A stretch of 64,000 nt of DNA, taken from positions 211,353 to 275,352 of the forward strand of contig NMRA01000264.1 of NCBI GenBank assembly GCA_002633005.1, in the 5' to 3' direction. Positions 25,401-37,400 of this stretch are shown one piece after another. A model generated the notes under the pieces. It saw only the letters and a list, made by a program, of their open reading frames with translations. It had not been told where the DNA came from and made no database searches. Both the position numbers and the translations under genes were made by a program. Each line of letters starts with the position of its first letter. Position 1 is the stretch's first letter. This DNA comes from Phoronis australis (Eukaryota > Animalia > Phoronida).

Positions 25401-28400
25401 TTTAGTTGCCCAAACTGTAATAGTCTCAGTGGCCAGCTCACATGGTCATTAGTAAAACCGCCAAAATACCTTTGTATTCATATCTTACGAACCGCGACTA
25501 ATGGTGAAAAAATCAACACAAAGATTTCCTCGTATGACCTCTCCGGCTACAAAATAAAAGCAGTCATTGAACACCATGGAAGAAAGACGACGGGTGGTCA
25601 TTATACATGCTGTGTTAAATCGTCAGCATGGGAATGGATAAATTTTGACGACTCTACAGTCACAAGTACATCCAAGCCTCCCCAGGATGCCTACATTGCA
25701 ATATATGAATTATAAACCAACAAAGGAAATCAACATAAAAAATATGGCGCAATTTCAACATCAACGTCGCATATCACATCTGACGCAGCCAAGTCAAGTT
25801 ATTTTTTGAAATTCATCCTGGTACGGGAATTGGGGATAGTTAGGCCTATAAAAGATCTTTAACCCAGCCGCAGAGCGTCTAAAGCCGCGCACCGTACCAG
25901 TGACTGCTGGCAACTCATCGGAGACTCAACTTTAACATCCTACGCCGCAGAGATAACAACTCTTGGGCTGTCTCCGGTGAGTCCATTCTTTGTTGAATGA
26001 TGTTTAGATAAATAAATTTTATAGCAGAATTGGCCAAGTAAGTCCACTTCAAAGTTGTCAGCCTACGTGGGCAAATTGTTTTAAAAATATGTCTGGCCAT
26101 CAATTTCTCAACACACAACGAATTATATGATAATATTTTGCACAATTCCATCCATTCCATCTCAGAAATGAAATCCTAGACATGTCCACTCACCACCATT
26201 TTGAGTCGAACAATGCTTAAATCATAAGGCATAGAAATGACATCACATTCACATGCATTTTAATAATTCAAGGCAACTTAAGAAATAATCATAGAGCTGG
26301 GGATGGGTCAAAAGCAAGACTGAGTTCAAAGATAGGCTATTAAGATTAAACTAATGGTAATTTTGCTATCAAATTATCACACTTTAATCATTCTCAATTC
26401 TTTAATTTTTGCTGGGTTAGCAAGAAGCGTGATTTTTTTCTCTCGTACATCCCAACTGATATTCTCAACCCTCAGAAAATCTCCTAATAATTTCCAGTCT
26501 GTGTCAACCAAAAATGAACTCAAACACTTTTGTGCATAAAACAAGGAAATAAATCTTCAGCACAAGAAAAAAGTAATCAGACAAAAATACCACTTTCCCT
26601 ATCAAAACTAACTAGAGATAATTATTAGGGCGGTAAAATTTTAATTGCAGAATGGCTTAGACACCTTAGCAACTTTCCTGTAAATTTTCCTTAATTCTCA
26701 GTCATCAGGGGAGACTACTCCGACAATGAATTTGACTTCTGGCCTGCCGTCATGACGGAGAATTCCCGGTGATTCTGTCTCAACATTTTGGCTTGCACTG
26801 TATTTATCCAGAACCATGTAGATATTTCACTTGTCCTCACCCCCATCTTACCTGCCACGAGGTCAGACAAGGTGTGCACAGCAGGTGGCCACATGGCTCG
26901 ATGCGAATGTCTTTGTCATTCTCTGCACAGATTTTACACAGTTGGAAGGTGGAGCCCATCTCACAGTAGATCTCATACTGTTCTTGTGTCACCTGGATAT
27001 GGTCCTCTGATTGGTCCTGCACCAGGAAGCTCAGGTTGGGGTTGATGTTGCGACCGTCTGGATATAGATAACTAAAGAAAGGACGCTAGGTTATTAGTTT
27101 GGCTATGACAAATACAAACTCAGGGTGTGGTTGATGTTGTGACCGTCTTAGTATAACTGAGGAATGGACAGATTATGAGTAGGTTATAAAAATACTAGCT
27201 GAAATTGAAATAGGTGTTCAACAGTCTGGGAACAGATAACTGAGACAGTGCAGATTATTAGCTACGGTTGGGGCGGATGATGTAGTTGTATGGGTACAGG
27301 TAATTGAGAAATGGACAGATTAATATTAGTTTGGCAATAACAAATACCAGAGAAGATTGCGGGGTGATCTCGTATGCATCTGCATACAGATAACTGAGGA
27401 AGGAAAATTACAAACATTCGTTGAGTGCAGAAATAGCAGATGGCACAACATGCTATATCAAATATGTATCTCATTCTATGATTGACTAGGTACAGATACC
27501 AGGGAGGAGGACAAATGTCACATTAAGTCAACAAACTGGAAGCTATAAAAATATCAGAGGTTCAACTCTAAGAAACAATCAGCAATAAAGAGAGTTGGAG
27601 TATTGGCCACACAAGTAGATGATGACTGATTAGAGACCAAAATGCCATCCTGCCTGTCAAAACAAGGCATGGGCAACAGATATAATGTCACAGTGCCTAA
27701 AACAAAACCAGAGCTCAGATTGGCTCATTGTTGCAGGTAGAGATAAACAGAGGGCAGCAAAACCAGAAACTACTGATTGACCTTTATGTTACATGCCTCT
27801 ATGGAAACCCAGGCAGGGGGTCAAGGGAACAGTATAGGTCAAGTGATAAGTGAAGTTGATGTCTTGCCAGAGACAACTGACAGATATGGTCTATAGGCAC
27901 CATGGGCTCTTTTGTCTAACTGTTCCTTGCATCTACAGTTGACAACAGTCACAAGAATGCTGTATGTAGTTGGTGAGATTCTGGTGCCTGTGGTAGTGTT
28001 GTTGGTGCTGAGTGTGAGAACTACCAATGCCCAAACATAGCCCCACACACACAGAACACAGCTTACACACCCAAAAGACATGGCTCATTGACACACAATT
28101 AAGACTCACATGCATGACTTAGCCAAGAGTCCATGCGCTATGTTCACAGATGCTGGAACCATAACTATGTAGGAGTTTGCTATTTGGGTGTGCATTAAAA
28201 AAATTCTCTAATTTGGGACTGTCTCTAGAATTTGGGACATGGAAACTCCTAAAATTTTCTTGATTCTGCAAACAGAAACAAGGGTAATTTTGGCGTTCAC
28301 CATATTTCTCAAATTTCGAGCAACGTGTTTTTAACCTATGCAGAGGGTAATTTTGCCATCTTTCGATGATTCTTGAATATGGGACAGCCATTATTGCCTA

Positions 28401-31400
28401 ATTTTAGAACATGGGACAAGCTCCGACTTTCAGCAAATAACTAATTTTTCACCGTCCCAAACTGAAGAATTTAAACAGTACTATTGTTACAATGGGGAAT
28501 TTTACAACTGTTGGTAATCTTTGTTTTGCATATTTCTAGCTAAGATTGAACGACAAATTATGTAAGCAGTTTGCCTCAACAAAATACAATCATTATCAAA
28601 TCATTTTCCTGTCTGGAACATGGACAGGACATGAAAGTACCAGAATGTTTGAAAAGCAAATGTTGAACAGCAAAGTTAAGACAACTTACAATCCTTCTCG
28701 CTGTCCATCCAGCAGGGCCTGACACAATGACTTATTCTGAGGTATTGTCTGTAGTATCTGACCGTCTGTTGTCACGTAACCGATCGCCCACTGACCTAGC
28801 CTGGTGCAACTCAGTCGAAACACGTAACTGAAACGGAGGTTACCGCAGTTCTATTGGTTGCAAACCACTCAATGTTATCGCAGCTTATAAGGGACAATAG
28901 GAATAGTTAAGATTACTCCGTTTAGGACAAAATCTGATGTAATGTTGGAACTTCATTTTGCAAATTTTTAACAAAAAAGCATTTACTTTGTTGTTAGTAC
29001 AACTGTCACCAAACAAACTTTTGGAGGATAATTTAAAGCTGTGTACCTAGCTAATGGGAAATGGAAAACGGAAAACTTTGCCATCATACTGGACTAAGGT
29101 AAAAGCCAAACAGGAAATTGTCAGATGGTGATCTAGCAGTCCCATCCAGCAGTAGGCATGTGCCGTCTGCCTTGTGACAGTAACACCTCTTAAATTTCAG
29201 GAAGATTCATCACGGAACTGGGTTGATATTGAGACGGATGCTAACGTCGTAGAAGTAGTCAGATATCGTTCGAAGACTGACGCATGCCATTGCATCAATG
29301 CTAGGACCAGTGATGTAAAATTTCATGACAATCTGTTATGTGGTTTGGGAGACAGAGAGGCTGACACTGGATGGTTCAACAATACGGGAGGATGACAATA
29401 CAAACTCACATACAATGTATATGTGGGCGCATGAAAATACAAGGCATGAGTGTTAAGTACCTTTGCCACCGGGAAAGGGTTTAGTTGTAGAATAATCACC
29501 GAGTTAAAAAGCGGACTATATTGATTTTGCTTTCATTAAAGGACATAAGTTGTTATGTCAACAACCTATAGTGAATCAAATACCAAACATATAATGCAAA
29601 CAACAAATTACTAAAGTGAAAACAAGCAAGACACAGACTTCCTGTATGATTTGTGAATGACATTTCTCACTGTCAGAAAAGGTCAATGGTATCAACTGAA
29701 AACAAAAACAGAATTAAACTGACTTAAATCAATATTTGCTTGACATCACAACAATTTATTATACTAAGCATTTATATCTACTGAGCACACATAGCAGTGG
29801 AAAATAAAATTGCACTTAACAGGACGTGTCCTTTCCTATCTCCATCCCAAAACTTATTTTTGTTATCCCCAATGAATACCACAAACTATCCAAGACACTT
29901 TTGGCCAGAAAGGTTCGTCTCTGTCTAAATCCCTTTCCCACTTTTATTGCCTAAAAATAAACCCCTCCTACACTGTCTGCAGATCTCCTAAACGGGAGAC
30001 CTGTACCATGAATATCGCCAAATACCCACCTGCCTGGCTTATTCAAATACTTGGATAGCCTTGCCTTGACCTCATCATATGTTAGGAAAGCCACATAGCC
30101 TGGGTGAGTGACAGCCAATACATTCCAGTGACGTAGCAGATTGGCCCATGGCTGGAATAACCTGGAGAAGGGAAGTAAACCATAAAAGGACATTATTGAT
30201 GAGACAAGTGATTTTCTGAGATCAGCCTCAGTGCGTAACCCAGAAGTGACATTCTAAGGCTCTGCTGGCAAAGGAGCTAATACATTCCATAAGTATCAGA
30301 GTATTTAAACTGTATTTAACTGACTTCAGATAATGTCTGGTATACAACGGCGAGAACCGGCGATTTGTAATAAATTCACAAAAACACAATGGAATTTGTT
30401 GTTTTATTATAAGAGTAGTTTTGCTGAAAGGTAATGACCCCATCATTTGCTCAACCAATTAGAAACATTCACAATGATCACACGTTATGTGGGAGTGATA
30501 GCTACTACTGCCCTCTACAGCACACACCAAAAATAATCGGATCAAATCCCATTTCCTATCATGGCGGATAATGACCCCCATAACAGTGAGTTTGGAGTAC
30601 ACTCAGCAGTGAGTTAGGAGTGCACTCACAACTGAGTTTGGAGTGCACTCAGCAATGAGTTTGGAATGCACTCACCAGTGAGTTTGGAGTGTACTCAGCG
30701 AGTTTGGGGTACACTCACAAGTGAGTTTGGAGTGCACTCAGCAGTGAGTCTGGAGTGCACTCACCACTCAGTTTGGAGTGCATTCACCAGTCAGTTTGGA
30801 GTGCACTCACCAGTGAGTTTGGAGTGCAATCACCTGTGAGTTTGGAGTGCACTCACCAGTGAGTTTGGAGTGCACTCAGCAGAGAATTTGAAGTGCATTC
30901 ACCAATGAGTTTGGAGTGCACTCAGCAGTGAGTTTGGAGTGCACTCACCAGTCAGTTTGGAGTGCACTCAGCAGTGAGTTTGGAGTGAACTCACCAGTCA
31001 GTTTGGAGTGCACTCACCAGTCAGTTTGGAGTGCACTCATCAGTGAGTTTGGAGTGCACTCAGCAATGAGTTTGGAGTGCTCTCAGCAGTGAGTTTGGAG
31101 TGCACTCAGCAGTGAGTTTGGAGTGCACTCACCAGTCAGTTTGGACTGCACTCACCAGTGAGTTTGGAGTGCACTCACCAGTGATTTTAGAGTGCACTCA
31201 CCAGTGAGTTTGGAGTACACTCACCAGTGATTTTGGAATGCACTCAGCAGTAAGTTTGGAGTGCACTCGCCAGTGAGTTTGGAGTCACTCACCAGTGACT
31301 TTGGGGTGCACTCAGCAGTGAGTTTGGAGTGCACTCACCAGTGAGTTTGGAGTGCACTCACCATTGAGTTTGGAGTGCACCCACCAGTGAGTCATGACCA

Positions 31401-34400
31401 GGAATACCAGATCATTTAATTTGTAAAACTATTTTGGCCTGCACTGGTAGCTGAACAAAGACTAACACAGATTTTATTCCAGATCTTGAAACAAACTGAT
31501 TAATGTGATAGTTGGCTAAGGTGCAATAAAATAAAATAGTCGGACAATGGATCGTTGAAAAAGTTAGAGGCGATTTCTAGAGTTGGAAGAAACTGGCTGT
31601 TTGTTCTTGCTCGAGACCCGGCTCAATATGTTGGCTCGTCACAGCACGCCGTTTTACGCGTTGACCATGGTTTCAATCTTAGTGAAGGATTCAGTGCCTT
31701 CCAAGCATAATGAAGGATTCAGTGCCTTCCAAGCCCAGGGGCCTATTTCATGAAAAGAGACCTAAGACTTGAGACAGAACTTTGCTCTTACCCTCCACAT
31801 AACTATTTCTGAAAAATAGTTAAATCTCACTTGAGCAAAAGTTCAAAGTCTCTGAGAATATACACATATCTCTTAGTCACTGAGATAATTTCTATAAAAT
31901 ATTTCTAGACTGTGGAGCCCTCATAATTACTCGGCTAAATCTTTATTCACTAATTGTAAAGTGGCGGCAAAAGACCAAATTTTTGTCTAAAGTCACTTTT
32001 CGTGAAACGGACCCCAGAAGACACTTTCCACCTGAGTAAAGAACAATTTAAAATTCAAGTTTTGTACCAGTCAAAGTCAGAATGCAGATATTTTGCTTTA
32101 AATAGAACTTGTGCTTGAGTTACATAGAGCTTCCCAAGATGAAACAGTGAGTTCATGACAGAATAATCGGCAATAGTCTGTTACAGAGGTGCCAGATTTT
32201 GATGCCTATGATTCAGCGGAAAACACTGGTTCTCAAAATACACTACAGGACCCTTCTAAGTGACTATTACCGAAAAATGGACATATCCAGGGTTTTATCC
32301 AGGATTTTGAAAATAGGGTGTCCAAAATGGGGTTCCCAATATTCCAGGGCGTCCATGACTCCAACGACACATTACCTCCACTCCCCTGTCCACCATTCAC
32401 CAGTAACCCCGTCCCCCCACACACAGAGGTTTTTTACAAAAAATGTGTTGAACAAGGCTTTTACATGTAAGTTTACAAAAACAGCTCTCTTGTAGTGATC
32501 TTTTTACTAAAAAATTGTGCAGATCAAGACTTTTATGTCTAAATTTATGAAAACAGCCAAATAGCTAACCAAACAGGTATTACAGCTATTACAGATTTTG
32601 GTTGAACGATGAGTGCAAATTGCTGTTATAAAGTTTATCATATCATCTTAACTAGTTTTATATTATGTACAAGGAGTCATCAAACTGCAGTTACCAACAC
32701 AAGAAAAATGCACAGATGATGCTAAGATATCTATGGCAGACACACTCTGGCAACCAAACAGGTGATTATGATTGACAGGTATACTAAATACTTTTAAAAT
32801 AGTCTGAACATTGTAACATTTTATATACATTTTATATACATTGTATATTTATTTCTGAGTTGAAAGACCCAACTTCTCTCTAGAAGTAGGCTGCATAAAG
32901 GCCTGGTCATATCTAACAACAGTTGGTGGGGCAATTCCTGGGAGAATGTCATAGGTAAGCATTAGCATCAGAAATCACCAACTGCAACACCATCTGCAAA
33001 GTTAACATTTTTCGGTTCTCAGCTGATTTTCTCACATGACCCATTTTATATCCATATTGTGTTAGCAGATAATCAGATGTCTTTCATCAGCCAGGTGATT
33101 GGTCGATGACCTGCCAATGTGTTCACAACTATCTGTTGATAGTTGTCACAGTACCTCCAACAAGCATGGGTTTTGTATTATGACATGGATTTTGAGAAAT
33201 GTACCGGTTGTGAATGCTGATGTCTTGCTGGCAATACCAATAGCCACCACGACTATTTTCAGCTCACAACTCATTGGATCGATGGCGTAAGCTTCATGTG
33301 AAAGTGCCATAGGTTTCGCCCTACGTTTGAACTCGTGTTTGGTAAAACATCAACTGAACATACCAGGTATTGGGATAGAGTTCAATCAGCAGGATAGGTC
33401 GCGCACTGCTTCATATGTGACCAAGGCATGAGGCTTTCTAGGACCTTATCGAAAAGTTGTACATAGCCAAATATATACGAAACTAGATTTTTTAACATGG
33501 TACAAGTGTATATTTTCTGAAAGTAGAAAGACTGTAGAATTTTATTTTAGACTTTTTAACAACCTGTCATGAACTGGATCTTTGTGGTTATGTCTTTTAG
33601 TGAAATTTGGCAAAAAGGACAGGTAAATTGACAACAAAATGGTAAGAGTGACACTACCAAATTTTGTTTAAAATACATGCTCAAGATGCTGTTGATAAAT
33701 TATAATTTTGTTTTTATTTTATGAAACTTTTGAGTTGTTTCATGAAAATCATAAAAGTCATATTACTTGATAGCCTTTCATACAAAATGGAAAATTTTAA
33801 ATACAATTCCTCAAAGTGTCTTGGAGAACAGGGAATAAAGCACAGTAACTGAAAGTTTCATAGGAATACGATCAGTCATTTCTGAAATATGATGTTCCAA
33901 AGTGAGCCAAATTGGGACAATTTTCTATGGTACCATAACCTTAAGGTGAAAAGCTGAGATATTGACTCAAGCATCAGATGGTGACACCATAACCAAAATG
34001 TTTCTTGGGAGAAAAACGGTGTGAAATGAACTTGTCTGGATAACCCTTGAAGACATTGTTGTCTCAAGACGATACAAAATACTTAAGTTCAAGCACTTTA
34101 TCTCTTACCAAGACAAATCGTTCATATCCAGTAAGTTAGAAAAAATAGCGAGAAATTCCTTCAGTTCTTAGTAATATCATTTTCCAAGTCATAGTCTTAC
34201 TTCCTGCCCTACAATAACTAACATTAAAGGTACTCTTGACTCACTAGCAGAGTGTTTTCTTTTCACTATAGTGAGCCACCGTGGGGCAATGCGTCCATTC
34301 AAGTGCTTCAGAAAATAGCATAATAAGCACATGTTTATTTACTTTTGAAACACACTTCACCACTTACCAGATACCAGAAATAGTAAGTCAAGTCATAGAC

Positions 34401-37400
34401 TGACAAGTTCACTCAGAGCCGAGTTAGTCAGCCCACGCATGCTTACCATATTCTATAATAGATTGGCTCACCACGCAGGCTTTTTTATAATAGATTTGCC
34501 CACCAGGTAGGATTATTTTATAATGGATTTGCCCACGCAGGCTTATTTTATAATAGACATGAATTCAAAGATATCAACAGCTGTAACATTGTCCATAAAA
34601 ATCACAGAGAGCAACCTTCAACTTGAAAACCCAACAAGAACATTCTAAAAACAAAAATAGGTTTCCTTTTTTGTGAAATACAATAACTATCCAAAAATAC
34701 AAAGAAATCACTACAAATTGTTGTATTTTTCATCATAGTATCCAACTTTCATATTCCAACAAATCCTTCATAAACTATTTGTTTCATGTATCATAATTAT
34801 TATCAGAAATTAGTGATTGGATAAAGATACCTTTTCTGGAAGGATTTTACATCAAAACAGTGTTCAGTTTGATAACAGCTTTGCCTCGAAACATGTCACC
34901 CTTCTACACATGTCACCCTTCCACACATGTCACTCCTCTATTAACATGTCACCCTTCTACACACGTCACCTTTCTACACATGTCGCCCTTCCACACATGT
35001 CACTCCTCTATTAACATGTCACCCTTCTACACACGTCACTCTTCTACAAATGTCACCCTTCTACACACACGTCACCTTTCTACACACGTCGCCCTTCTAC
35101 ACATGTCACCCTTCTACACGTCATCCTTCTACACATGTCACTCCTCTGTTATCATGTCACCCTTCTAAACATCTCTCCCTTCCAAACAAGTGAACTTGGA
35201 TGTACATTACACATCTCCGAATTGAAGCAATATATGGTACTCACGATAATATGCTTACCTGGTGAAGACGTCGAATTCAAAACAAGAGATATAATCATTG
35301 CACGTGAGGTCGATAGTTGACTTGAGGGCCATCGCCTCTAGAGGTGAGCTGATAGGATGAGCATCGTGTAAAGTCTGCCTGAAGACTTTCCATGGAATGA
35401 TTGTTCTGAAACCACAAAAAATAAGCATTTCTGTATCCTGCTCGGAGAATTCTCTTTTCACAAATCATTAAAATCACACCCTGTCACACACAAAAGGGAG
35501 TGCCGGGGCTCCGTGGTGACCACTGAGTCCATGAACCTTTATATCTATAACATGAATGCAGTCTGTCGTGAAAAGGGCCCCTGAATCAAATCTAGCTAAG
35601 GGATGCAAAAGGTTAGGGACAGACCTAATAAAAATATAGCATTCACCAATGGTTGAGATAAAAGTCTTTCAGAAGTTTATCTATGCAAATTTTTTGAAGT
35701 CAGGAGCCTTTAGAATCGAGGACTCCAAACAACATGCTTCTATAGCAAACATAAATACATGAATGAGGTTTGTGAGGCTTCCAACATTGGTGAATTATAT
35801 TACCAACATATTCGCAGCAAAAATCACCTGCAGCTGTAAAGACATGTTCTGGGAATCTGCCAGCTAACTGACCCACTTTCCATGCCAAACCAGTGACCCA
35901 TCTCTGTGTGTTCTGGACACATGTGCCTGGACATGGTGGCATACAGGTCAATGAAAAAGTGGACTAGATAAACTGTCTGGACTGTGGAATGACAGCTGTC
36001 CTCTAGACTTCATTACTAATGTATTGTATGTTGTGTCTATGACATCACGCTTTTACAGTTCCATCCACAAACAACACTGGGGAAAAACTGACACCTTGCA
36101 GTAACAGGACCTGGATGGATCTCTAATTGAAGGATAACTGTTGGCAATACTAGCACTAGCCAATATAAAGGCATCTGACAATTCTAAAGTGATAGACATG
36201 ACCACTCTATGAGTATTGCGACTCCTGATGTCAAGGTTAAAGACCTAGCAGAAGATTAGTGCCCAACATGACCAATGACACCATCCACAACAGATAATTA
36301 CAATACGTAATTATCATAATTACCAACATAATTCAGTTTTCCCTTGTTATTTGTTTCGTCTCTTGTATAGTAATGCTGCTTAGTTGATGACCTTGAGGTA
36401 ATTCCAGTTGCCAGAGATAGATTCCCTTTAAATGAGTGCTTGGCATTAGCACTGGTTCCTTCAATTCACAAATGAGGGCATCCATAATGTCTTCATTTCC
36501 CTTTATATTTACTTCAGAATGAAAATACATGAGGGTTACACAAAGGCCATTGACCTTCACTAGTCAGTTAAAGGAAAAACACATTTCAAGGAAATTCAAC
36601 AGCTAGGCTGTAATGTAACCATCTAATGAAACAGCAGATGGCCTATTAAATATTACATTAATACTGGATGTTTCACCTGAAGCAAAGTTTCGATCAATAG
36701 CAAAAGTGAATCGAATCTGCACCACTGCTTGTTATGGCCTGTATCACAATTAACGTCACTCAGTTTTTACAGGGATTTCAAATGAGTATTGACCTTAAAT
36801 TTTGAGAAACCATGCTCCAATTTTAACATATGCTGACATGTTAGTGAATTGTTCACTACAACATATATTGCTAACTAAAAATTAAATCCATACCCCCCCC
36901 TCCCCCGTTCCCAAATCAGCAACAACCGGGGGAAGGGGGAGGACTGTACGTCTCTGCATCTGTTAGCTAGACATTCTCTCCACCCTCAGACACCAAGAGA
37001 GAAGAAGAGCAGTGAATCATTGTCGCACCAGGGGGACCACATTACTGTAGCTATGTGTCACTAATACAATAATGTAAAGAGTAGTCCATTACTCATGCAA
37101 TATGTTGTCTAACATTAAACCGGCAATATGGAGAAGTTGTGGAAAATGATAGCACTCCACTAGAGCAAACACTAGTTTCACTTTCAAATCAGTACTTCAC
37201 CAAGACACCAAACTAAAGACAACACCATAATTCCAAGATAGGATTCAAAAATCCATGCTTAAGTGTCTACAAACACAATTTACCCAATCCACTCTTTAGG
37301 TGTCTACAAACACAATTTCCATGTTTTGACCACTTTGTCACCCTCTCTTAAACTTACACGAAATACAACAAACTGGAAATCACAACCAAGGGTAAATTAA

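Noticed and set aside
24346-25405. Long ORFs (276-319 aa) spanning the second gap, and similar ORFs at 19495-19889
   Set aside because: Artefacts of translating N runs
25915-26160. 81-aa - strand ORF beside the USP ORF as a second cargo gene
   Set aside because: No recognisable motif; short enough to occur by chance
24079-26746. caggcc...ggcctg as TIRs delimiting the USP insertion
   Set aside because: Only 6 bp of complementarity and no matching TSD
30584-31392. CRISPR-like array (23-bp palindromic repeat)
   Set aside because: Units are head-to-tail with no unique spacers, there are no cas genes, and the context is a eukaryotic intron
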